39,354 nucleotides of DNA from an uncultured Dehalococcoidales bacterium (GTDB lineage: Bacteria; Chloroflexota; Dehalococcoidia; Dehalococcoidales; CAYFFA01), in the NCBI GenBank assembly GCA_964342375.1, contig CAYFFA010000002.1:1-39354 (forward strand), written 5' to 3'. Made by a program: the position numbers and the translations under genes. This document shows, piece by piece, positions 8,699 to 16,491 of this stretch (positions within the stretch are counted from its first letter, which is position 1; the number at the start of each line of letters is the position of its first letter). The notes below the pieces were generated by a model. That model was given only the letters and a program-made list of their open reading frames with translations. It did no database searches and was not told the origin of the DNA.

Positions 8699-8981
8699 TT
8701 ACCCATTTACCTGATGTAATATCTTCGGCAATGTTTCCCCTGCCCTGGCTCTAATCATAACTGTTGCCTGCTCGTCCATAGGGGTGGAGCTGAGGTTGAT
8801 AATTACCAGTTTAGCTCTGTAATCGACGGCATAGACGGGTATATAGGCAGCCGGATAAACAACCAACGTTGAACCGACGACGATGAAAAGGTCACAGTTA
8901 GATGAGCGGCGAGCATGTCCTCAGCATGTTCTGCGATAACTTGAGAAGGTCCTTGGCAGGCGAGCAGTTGCTCAACGTCAT
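8699..8981 (-). pseudogene. Remnant (C-terminal third only, frame-broken) of a Sir2/CobB-family NAD-dependent deacylase
   Basis: My minus-strand translation of 8920-8699 gives ...SSNCDLFIVVGSTLVVYPAAYIPVYAVDYRAKLVIINLSSTPMDEQATVMIRARAGETLPKILHQVNG*. This is the typical sirtuin (V/I)GTS..V.PA end. It has no start codon, a TGA lies just upstream in frame, and weaker similarity continues in another frame to about 8981. The N-terminal Rossmann/Zn module is absent. Confidence 0.65.
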
Positions 8982-9033
8982 AGATATAAAGAGAGGATAC
9001 TGAAAATATTCTCTTTTGATGAGGAGTTGGAAT

Positions 9034-9747
9034 TCACAAGGAAGCTCCAAGCCTGGCTTCCAGCTCTAAACCTTGTTCCAGACTCATGTCGAGTCCTCTG
9101 GTGATTGCCTGCTTGGCTGCGGTTACAGCAGTCGGGCTGTAGCCTTTGATCCTATTAGCTAACCTCTCAGCTGCTGGCAACAGGTCGGTGCGGGATACGA
9201 CCCGGTTGACCAGTTTCAGGCGGTGCGCCTCCTCTGCCGTAATCCATCTGCTGGTCAGCAACATTTCCGATGCTTCGGCTCTGCCTATCGCCCGGGGCAG
9301 GGTCTGAGTGCCGCCGGCGGCAGGAATTATCCCCAGTCCTACCTCAGGCAAGCCAAATAGAGCATCTTCTGAGGCGAGCCTGATGTCGCAGCACAGGGCT
9401 ATCTCTATGCCTGAACCCAAAACGTAGCCGTGGAGGGCAGCAATGAGCGGCTTGGCAATGCTCAGGAAAAGACCCCAGATATCTCGTTCCCAGCGGACCT
9501 GCCGTGCAATAAAAGGAGACGGAGCGGTGAGAAACTCGGACAGGTCAGCGCCGGCGCAGAAAGCCCTATCTCCGGCACCCCGAAATATAACCGCCCTAAC
9601 CTCAGGGTCATCCTGGATAGCACCCAACACCTGATACAGCTCGTCTCTCATCTGAATGTTGTAGACATTTAAGGCTTGAGGTCGGTTGAGGGTAACATAG
9701 CCTACATCATCCTTCTTCTCGTAGGTAATGACTTCAAAAACGCTCAT
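9034..9747 (-). CDS. Enoyl-CoA hydratase/isomerase (crotonase) family protein with both canonical catalytic Glu positions
   Basis: The 237-aa protein has ITLNRP-like VTLNRPQALN, FCAGADL, GSGIEIALCCD and FGLPEVGLGIIPAAGGTQ. Confidence 0.85.
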   Translation of the reverse strand: MSVFEVITYEKKDDVGYVTLNRPQALNVYNIQMRDELYQVLGAIQDDPEVRAVIFRGAGDRAFCAGADLSEFLTAPSPFIARQVRWERDIWGLFLSIAKPLIAALHGYVLGSGIEIALCCDIRLASEDALFGLPEVGLGIIPAAGGTQTLPRAIGRAEASEMLLTSRWITAEEAHRLKLVNRVVSRTDLLPAAERLANRIKGYSPTAVTAAKQAITRGLDMSLEQGLELEARLGASL

Positions 9748-9791
9748 TGGGATTGTCTATCTACCTTGTCTCCTCGGGCTTTCCCTGGTAA

Positions 9792-10589
9792 CTATTGACC
9801 CTTGAACCGTGGGGGTCTTTTCCGCAGAAAGGCTTCGATGCCTTCCGTCCGGTCCGTAGTTGTGTGCAATAGGAAATAGAGGTCAGCCTCCAGGCGAAGC
9901 CCCTGCTCAAGGGTCAGGTCCAGCCCTTTATTTACCGCTTCCTTGATGTACTTGAGGGCGATAGGTGCCTTATCGGCAAGGGTTCTGGCTAGAGCCTCAG
10001 CTTCAACAGCTAGCTTCTCCTGGCCGACTATCTTGTTGACCAGCCCTATTTCAAATGCCTCCTCAGCACTTATAGTTTGGGCAGCGAGGATTAACTCCAT
10101 GGCTTTACCCTTACCCACAATGCGGGGCAGCCGCTGGGTGCCGCCATCGGTGGGCATGAGTCCCAGCGCCACCTGGGGAGCGCTAAACCGCGCTTGGTGC
10201 GAAGCCAGCCTGATATCACAGCTTAGGGCTAACTCCAGCCCCTGTCCCAGCGCATCTCCATTGATGGCGGCAATAACCGGTTGCTCTATGCTGGCTACAG
10301 CTCTAGCAACACTGTATCTTGCGCTCAACTCCTTCGGCTTTGCTGAGGGAGTCTCAGCTGGACTGCCAGCTTGAATCGATTGCTCTAGCTCGCTCCCACC
10401 ACAGAATGCACTGTATCCAGCACCGGTAATTATGGCCGCATAAATATCATCATCCTGGTTTATCTGATGGCAAACCTCTGCCAGTTCCCTGGCTAGCTGC
10501 TGATTGATGGCATTATTCGATTCAGGTCGGTTGAGGGTTATGTGTGCAACATGGTCCTTATTGGTGTAGATGATAGTAGTATAAGGCAT
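9792..10589 (-). CDS. Crotonase-family protein, variant with Gln at the second catalytic Glu position
   Basis: The 265-aa protein has ITLNRPESNN and GQGLELALSCD, then FSAPQVALGLMPTDGGTQ, with Q139 where hydratases have Glu. GAGGAG lies upstream of the ATG. Confidence 0.85.
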   Translation of the reverse strand: MPYTTIIYTNKDHVAHITLNRPESNNAINQQLARELAEVCHQINQDDDIYAAIITGAGYSAFCGGSELEQSIQAGSPAETPSAKPKELSARYSVARAVASIEQPVIAAINGDALGQGLELALSCDIRLASHQARFSAPQVALGLMPTDGGTQRLPRIVGKGKAMELILAAQTISAEEAFEIGLVNKIVGQEKLAVEAEALARTLADKAPIALKYIKEAVNKGLDLTLEQGLRLEADLYFLLHTTTDRTEGIEAFLRKRPPRFKGQ

Positions 10590-10631
10590 AAGCCTGGCTC
10601 CTCGTTAAGGGAATGGAAGTATAGTCAAATC

Positions 10632-11324
10632 TTAACCGATTGGGTTGTCAGCGTCAAGGGTGACATAGAACTGGCAGATGTCGTTGAGGCAGCATTGCTG
10701 GCACAGAGGACGATTGCGGCAGACATTCTTAGCCAGGCGGACCATGAGGGCGTGGTATTCATTGAACAGCTCGGCATCAGCCGGCAGATTATCCATGAAA
10801 AGGCTCTGGTAAGCCGGGTAGCTATTTTTTTCTACTGCCAGACCAATGCGGCTGATGATACGGCGAGTGTAGGTATCAATTACGAAAATTGGTTTGCCAG
10901 CCGCATACAGCATTATGGAATCGGCTGTTTCAGGACCAATGCCATGAATGGAAAGAAGTTGCCCGCGGAGGCGGTCAGTATTTTGGGCAAACAGTGCATC
11001 AAGGTCGTCATCATAATTCTCACCCAGCCAGTCGGCAAGAGATTTGAGCTTTAGTGCCTTTGCGTTATAGTAGCCAGAGGGATAGATAAGCGTGGCGACT
11101 TCAGACAGGCTTAATCGGCGTAGCGCTTTAGGTGATAACACTCCTGCTTCTTTCATGTTGGTTAGGGCTTTCTCCACGTTACTCCAGGCGGCTGATTGAG
11201 TGAGGATGGCGCCCACTATTACCTCGAAAGGCTCCTCTGCTGGCCACCAGTGTTGTGCTCCGTAGTGGTGTAGAAGTTGTTGGTGGATGTCTAGTAGTGT
11301 CTGGCTTATAGCGTGGCTATCCAT
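10632..11324 (-). CDS. HhH-GPD superfamily base-excision repair protein (endonuclease III-related) with an Fe-S cluster loop
   Basis: It has the LLSIHGIGPETADSIMLYA helix-hairpin-helix, VIDTY (the Asp), and a C-terminal C-x6-C-x2-C-x5-C (CRNRPLCQQCCLNDIC). Confidence 0.8.
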   Translation of the reverse strand: MDSHAISQTLLDIHQQLLHHYGAQHWWPAEEPFEVIVGAILTQSAAWSNVEKALTNMKEAGVLSPKALRRLSLSEVATLIYPSGYYNAKALKLKSLADWLGENYDDDLDALFAQNTDRLRGQLLSIHGIGPETADSIMLYAAGKPIFVIDTYTRRIISRIGLAVEKNSYPAYQSLFMDNLPADAELFNEYHALMVRLAKNVCRNRPLCQQCCLNDICQFYVTLDADNPIG

Positions 11325-11782
11325 GATGGTACTTCGGCATCAGTTGCTGCATCGCTTCCGGGGATGTAGGGTTTAATATCTATTACTGGTGTGCTATCGA
11401 TGGCGTCAAGCCCTTCAATCCTTAGAATGTTACCCCGCCGCTGGAGGAGTCTGACTGTAGTTTTTCCTATCGGATTTGGTCTATGTGGTGACCTGGTGGC
11501 GAAAAGTCCTACCAGAGGGAGCTCCTGTTTGCCCTGATGGTGGAGCTTAGTCGGCACCTGACCGCCGGTAGCAATGTTGTGCATCCAGAAGATGCCCATG
11601 GTGTGAAAAAAATCATCCAGCCCGTCCAGAGCCCCGCTCAGGCCGCTATTAATCACAATATCTGAAACGGTTTTCCGCCAGGCGTATCCTAGCCCTGGTG
11701 ACTGATTGATAGCGTTTCTGACGATCCCTATTGCTTTTACCGTCAGGCGGGGTAGTTCGTTAGCCATTTTATTATTTTGCAC
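11306..11782 (-). CDS. trmO: TsaA/YaeB-family tRNA (adenine37-N6)-methyltransferase TrmO-like protein
   Basis: It has the RSPHRPNPIG...L.I.GLDAID.TPV.DIKPY signature. It overlaps the downstream gene by 19 nt. Confidence 0.75.
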   Translation of the reverse strand: MQNNKMANELPRLTVKAIGIVRNAINQSPGLGYAWRKTVSDIVINSGLSGALDGLDDFFHTMGIFWMHNIATGGQVPTKLHHQGKQELPLVGLFATRSPHRPNPIGKTTVRLLQRRGNILRIEGLDAIDSTPVIDIKPYIPGSDAATDAEVPSWIATL

Positions 11783-11807
11783 TCTGTCGATCTACCAGCC
11801 GATAATT

Positions 11808-11837
11808 AAAAAGAGACTGCCTTGTGAAAACAGCCTC
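11808..11837 (-). terminator. Candidate intrinsic terminator after the LeuA/NifV-family gene
   Basis: The minus strand reads GAGGCUG - 11-nt loop - CAGUCUC (7 bp including one G.U) followed by UUUUU. It lies 23 nt after the stop at 11860. Confidence 0.4.
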
Positions 11838-11859
11838 CTTTGTTATTGTCGCGATATAA

Positions 11860-13098
11860 CTACTCAAGAGGAGCAAGGGTTAGGAGCTTTTTAGCAATCT
11901 TGGGGTACTTTGCTATGAAGAGTAATTCATCTTCAACCAGTGGCCTTTGTGATTCTACATTGGCGTACCTTGTCAATTCCAGAATCTCTCTAGCTTCTTT
12001 CTCGTCGGTAAATGCTATCTCCATCTTGCCCATTATATGACTGAAGCCGGATATCCCACTATATTCGCCGGCAATAATTTCTGTCCCAGTCTCAACGAAC
12101 TTCGGTTTACCCCTGCCCAGTTCCTTGAAGCTATACAGCTCGTAGTTTTCCGGATCCTTTAATACGCCGTCAGCATGTATGCCAGAGGCATGGGCAAAAG
12201 CGTTAGCACCAACCCCAGGCTGGTTTATTGGAATCGGCACACCAAAGGCATAGCTGGCAAACTCGGCTATCTTTGTTGCCCTGGTGAGCTTGACCGGGCC
12301 CGCCAAGCGGTATTTCTCAGCGAACCCCTTTGATTTAGTGGCAGCCAGAATGACTGCCACCAAGTCGGCATTTCCCGCCCTCTCTCCAATACCGTTGATG
12401 GTGGTATTGATATAGGCATCCTGCCCACCGTCTATCGCTCCTTTAGCTCCGGCAATGGAATTGGCAACAGCCAGCCCCAGGTCGCCATGGCAGTGAATCT
12501 CAATGGGGATACCGATTTTCCCAGCCAGCGCCCTGATAGTTTCGTAGATAGTGAACGGATTCTCGTACCCGAGGGTATCACAGTACCTGAACCTGTCAGC
12601 ACCATGCTCTTCGGCGGCAAGCCCGAATTTAACCAGGAAGTCAAAGTCTGTCCTTGAAGCATCTTCGGCGTTAACGCCTACGGTCTCAGCGCCCAGAGAT
12701 CGAGCGGCATCAACCGCCTCGACCATATCGCCTATGATGTCATCCTTGTTCTTTCTGCCCCGGAACTTACCATCTATCATCTGGGATGATGTCGATATTG
12801 AGAGATTGAGATGACGAATTTCGGGCACCAGCTTAAAAGTGGTTTCTACATCATCGGCGATGGCTCTTATCCACCCCTCCAAACGGATAGGGCGCAGCAC
12901 TCCCATATCGGCCAGTTCCAGGTTTGCCTGCAGGTAAAGGGATTCGTGTCTGGTGGTGGGGAAACCAAACTCAGACTGAAAGACGCCCATTTCATTCAGG
13001 TAAATATTTATCAGGGTCTTTTCGAGCTTGGATAAGCCGAGCTTCGCTGTCTGCACTCCATCTCGATTGGTTACATCAATAAGATAAATCTTAGGCAT
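11860..13098 (-). CDS. HMGL-like / LeuA-NifV family acyl-transferring synthase (homocitrate/isopropylmalate/citramalate synthase family; possibly Re-citrate synthase type)
   Basis: The 412-aa protein has DVTNRDGVQT at the DTTLRDGEQ position, HCHGDLGLAVANS, and INGIGERAGNADL. It is the short form, lacking a LeuA regulatory domain. Confidence 0.8.
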   Translation of the reverse strand: MPKIYLIDVTNRDGVQTAKLGLSKLEKTLINIYLNEMGVFQSEFGFPTTRHESLYLQANLELADMGVLRPIRLEGWIRAIADDVETTFKLVPEIRHLNLSISTSSQMIDGKFRGRKNKDDIIGDMVEAVDAARSLGAETVGVNAEDASRTDFDFLVKFGLAAEEHGADRFRYCDTLGYENPFTIYETIRALAGKIGIPIEIHCHGDLGLAVANSIAGAKGAIDGGQDAYINTTINGIGERAGNADLVAVILAATKSKGFAEKYRLAGPVKLTRATKIAEFASYAFGVPIPINQPGVGANAFAHASGIHADGVLKDPENYELYSFKELGRGKPKFVETGTEIIAGEYSGISGFSHIMGKMEIAFTDEKEAREILELTRYANVESQRPLVEDELLFIAKYPKIAKKLLTLAPLE

Positions 13099-13314
13099 AA
13101 CTCGCTCCTGTTGGAAACCTGAGTGAGATACATCATACTATCATATATTCACCGCTCTCGGCAAGTATTCGACTTCGTTTGAGTGCTATGGCGAGCTATT
13201 ATATGCTACAATTGGCCTATAATTTTGATTGTACTATTTATCGGTCCTTATAACTGCAACCACCTTTGACATGGTATGATAAAGCCAAACCCATTAAGAG
13301 TGTAGGTAAGAGCT

Positions 13315-15036
13315 ATGCCTCAATTCGACCCAATTATCAGTATTGGCATTCTGCTGGCAGCAGCGTTGGTGGGGGGGATGATCGCCCATCGGCTGAGGCA
13401 GCCGGTGATATTAGGTTACCTCGTTGTCGGTGTGGCGGTAGGTCCTCACGCTTTTGGTCTGGTGAGTGACTTAGCCCTGATTGAGGCTGCAGCAACTATC
13501 GGGGTTGCCCTATTAATGCTCACCCTAGGATTGGAAATTTCCGTTGGTCAGCTAAGGCAGGTGGGCAAGGTAGGGTTGTGGGGTGGCATAGCTCAGATTC
13601 TGGTTACTTTTGCCTTGGGCTTACTGGTGGGCAGTGTTTTATTCCAGTGGTCATTAACCCAAGCTGCCTTATTTGGGTTGGTTATCTCGCTCAGCAGCAC
13701 CATGGTTTGCCTCAAAATATTGATGGATAGGGGTGAACTCGACTCTGTGCACGGGCGGATTATGATTGCTATCCTTATTGCTCAAGATGTTAGCGTGGTT
13801 TTGATGATGGTGGTAACGTCTGTCCTCGGTGGTGCGGTAGAAAGCCTGCCTCTGGCTTTAGCTATGGCTATAGGTAAAGCGGCTCTTTTTATCGGGATAG
13901 CGATTGTATTGGGGCTGTGGGTACTCCCATGGTTGATGGGCAGGATCGGTGGGGTTCGGTCTCGTGAGTTGTTCCTGCTAATAGTTCTGGTGCTGGGATT
14001 AGGAGCTGCCCTAGCCACTCAAATTTTCGGACTTTCGGTGGTCTTTGGTGCCTTTGTAATTGGCTTAGTGCTCCGGGAGACAAGATTTGCTCACCAAGCT
14101 CTGGCTGAAATTACGCCATTGCGAGATATTTTTGCTACCTTATTCTTTGTTTCTCTAGGCATGTTGCTAAGTCCAAGATTCGTTGCCGATAACCTGGGGT
14201 TGATAGTCATAACGATAGCCGTTATTATCTCCATAAAATTTCTGGTGGTTTTTGGCATTGTTCATTTCTTTGGTTATAGCCGAAGGATAGCCGTCCTCAC
14301 CGGCGCTGGTCTTTTCCAAATCGGGGAGTTCGGTTTCATTCTGGCGCAAGCTGGAATTAATCGGGGCATCATCTCTGACCAGTTTTACTCCTTAATCCTT
14401 GCCAGCGCCATTATCAGCATGATATTGACGCCGTTATTTATGAATTTAGTTTCCTGGCTGTATCCCAGATTGGTACGGGCTCCAGCGGGTAGGGAGGTGA
14501 TAGCCGAAGATATTTCGGCTCTGCCCGCTTCAGAGTCATCTCGGCCGATAAGTCCGGTGATAATTGCCGGCTATGGAAGAGTCGGGCAGAATATTGCTAA
14601 AGGCTTGCAGGATGCCGGAATACCCTATACCGTTATTGAAATTGACCCTTCGCTGGTTTATGATATGCGGTGTGGCGGGATCTCCTGTATCTATGGAGAC
14701 GCCAGCAATGCTCATGTCCTATCTCGTGTAGATGTAAATAAAGCCAAAGTATTAGCGGTTACCTTTCCCGACCCACTGGCCGTGATAACTACTGTTCAGG
14801 CGGCATTGCAGAGCAACCCCAAGATTAAGGTCGTGGCACGAGCTCATCGAGCTAAAGATGCCGAGTTGCTTAAAGGTCTGGGAGTAACAGAGTTAATAAG
14901 TCCAGAGTATGAAGCCGGCCTTGCATTTATAAGCAGAATTCTGTCTGTCTTCGGTTGGAAAGGAGCAGAAATTAAGCGGGCTTTAGCCGAAGTGCAACAA
15001 GACGAGGAAATTACCGAATTTAGCACTGAGGAATAA
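13315..15036 (+). CDS. CPA2-family monovalent cation:proton antiporter (KefB/KefC-like) with a C-terminal RCK/TrkA-N domain
   Basis: The 573-aa protein has about 12 hydrophobic segments, then IIAGYGRVGQNIAKGL, a Rossmann GxGxxG. Confidence 0.85.
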   Translation: MPQFDPIISIGILLAAALVGGMIAHRLRQPVILGYLVVGVAVGPHAFGLVSDLALIEAAATIGVALLMLTLGLEISVGQLRQVGKVGLWGGIAQILVTFALGLLVGSVLFQWSLTQAALFGLVISLSSTMVCLKILMDRGELDSVHGRIMIAILIAQDVSVVLMMVVTSVLGGAVESLPLALAMAIGKAALFIGIAIVLGLWVLPWLMGRIGGVRSRELFLLIVLVLGLGAALATQIFGLSVVFGAFVIGLVLRETRFAHQALAEITPLRDIFATLFFVSLGMLLSPRFVADNLGLIVITIAVIISIKFLVVFGIVHFFGYSRRIAVLTGAGLFQIGEFGFILAQAGINRGIISDQFYSLILASAIISMILTPLFMNLVSWLYPRLVRAPAGREVIAEDISALPASESSRPISPVIIAGYGRVGQNIAKGLQDAGIPYTVIEIDPSLVYDMRCGGISCIYGDASNAHVLSRVDVNKAKVLAVTFPDPLAVITTVQAALQSNPKIKVVARAHRAKDAELLKGLGVTELISPEYEAGLAFISRILSVFGWKGAEIKRALAEVQQDEEITEFSTEE

Positions 15037-15063
15037 TAGGGCAGCAGTCATAGGGGGTTTGTA

Positions 15064-16104
15064 ATGAGTAAGACCAAAGTAGGCATTATCAATGTTACCG
15101 GTTATGCCGGCGTTGAGCAGGCAAGGTTACTGTCCCAGCACCCGGCGGTAGAGCTCGCCTCTGTTACCGGGCGGAGTGCTGCCGGGCAGAGGCTGGGCGA
15201 TGTTTTTCCCCACTTGGCCAGCTTGGATTTGACCATTGAGGCTGAACTGGAGGAGGTCGAGCTTGCCTTCTCGGCCATGCCGCATAAGGAGAGTGCTGAA
15301 GTAATCATACCGTTGCTTCGCGATGATACTAAGGTTGTGGACATCAGCGTTGACTTCAGGCTGACCGATGCTGCCGAATACCCGCGCTGGTATAGTTTCG
15401 CTCACCCCGCCCCGCAACTGCTGGAACAGGTGGTATATGGTCTCCCCGAGCTATACAGGTCTGATGTTGCCTCTGCCCAACTGGTGGCTAATCCCGGTTG
15501 CTATCCCACAGGGGCCGTTCTGGCTCTAGCCCCGGCAATTAAGGAGGGGATGATTGAGCCTGATATCGTTATTGATAGCAAGTCCGGAGTGTCCGGGGCA
15601 GGCAGAGCCCTCACCTTGAATACCCACTACTCGGAAGCCAACGAAGATGTCGTTGCCTATGCTTTAGACGGACACCGCCATCTGCCCGAAATTATTCAGG
15701 AGTTGAAGTCGCTCAGCCACGGAAAGGCGGTTTCGGTGACCTTTGTTCCTCACCTGATACCGATGACCCGGGGAATATTGACCACCTGCTATGCGCCACT
15801 GTCTTCAGGCAAAGTTTCTGCCGATGAAAAGGGGAAGGAGAAGATAAGGCAGCTCTATCTGGACTTCTACCGGGATGAGCCCTTTGTCAGGATAGCAGAA
15901 TCTCCTCCTCATACCAAACATACCTGGGGGAGCAACCTATGTCTCGTTTACCCCGCCATTGACCGCAGGACGTGGAAGCTCATTGTCATCAGTTGTATTG
16001 ATAATCTGGTCAAGGGAGCAGCCGGGCAAGCCATTCAAAATATGAACATCATGCTTGGATTGCCGGAAACTGCGGGGCTTGAGGCACCGGCAGTTTATCC
16101 CTGA
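15064..16104 (+). CDS. argC: N-acetyl-gamma-glutamyl-phosphate reductase
   Basis: The 346-aa protein has VGIINVTGYAGVE, the active-site motif NPGCYPT, and DNLVKGAAGQAIQNMN. The stop is TGA. Confidence 0.9.
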   Translation: MSKTKVGIINVTGYAGVEQARLLSQHPAVELASVTGRSAAGQRLGDVFPHLASLDLTIEAELEEVELAFSAMPHKESAEVIIPLLRDDTKVVDISVDFRLTDAAEYPRWYSFAHPAPQLLEQVVYGLPELYRSDVASAQLVANPGCYPTGAVLALAPAIKEGMIEPDIVIDSKSGVSGAGRALTLNTHYSEANEDVVAYALDGHRHLPEIIQELKSLSHGKAVSVTFVPHLIPMTRGILTTCYAPLSSGKVSADEKGKEKIRQLYLDFYRDEPFVRIAESPPHTKHTWGSNLCLVYPAIDRRTWKLIVISCIDNLVKGAAGQAIQNMNIMLGLPETAGLEAPAVYP

Positions 16105-16138
16105 ATTTGCGATAAACGGCAGATAGAAGGTGAGGTTG

Positions 16139-16468
16139 ATGGTGGATAAGTATACTAATCTGGAATTAAATAAAGAGGTAAACTCCATCGCCGGGTATTA
16201 TATTCCTGAAAAGGAAGTGAGGTTGAAATATGATGATCGGGAGGTTTTGTATGTCGTCGGGCAAGCGACGGTAGAATCCTCCTGCTGTGCTTGCGGTTGT
16301 TGGGGGTACGCCCTGGTACCCGGTTACATACTCAACTGGCAGAATGAGAAAAACGAAGCTGGTTTGCCGGTATCGGAAATAGAGCCTATCTCAGGCGAGG
16401 AGACACGGAAAAGCATTGGCCGAATTATCGCCGAGGCAGAGGCTATTTCGCAAGTTGAGTTCTGGTAG
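16139..16468 (+). CDS. Hypothetical small Cys-rich protein (CCxCxC motif), about 109 aa
   Basis: The ORF follows argC by about 30 nt. AAGGTGAGG lies before ATG 16139, and the ORF track starts it at GTG 16130. It contains VESSCCACGCWGY. I recognise no family. It converges on the rSAM/SPASM gene with a 23-nt gap. Confidence 0.45.
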   Translation: MVDKYTNLELNKEVNSIAGYYIPEKEVRLKYDDREVLYVVGQATVESSCCACGCWGYALVPGYILNWQNEKNEAGLPVSEIEPISGEETRKSIGRIIAEAEAISQVEFW

Positions 16469-16491
16469 GATTGCAGGGATCATTGCCTCGG

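Noticed and set aside
9679-10538. Identical 15-mer AGGTCGGTTGAGGGT at 9679-9693 and 10524-10538, as a dispersed repeat
   Set aside because: Both copies encode the conserved crotonase (I/V)TLNRP motif on the minus strand of two paralogous genes. This is shared coding sequence, not a repeat element.
10542-11054. 170-aa + strand ORF
   Set aside because: It is antisense to the HhH-GPD/EndoIII-like gene, which has clear family motifs including the Fe-S cluster loop.
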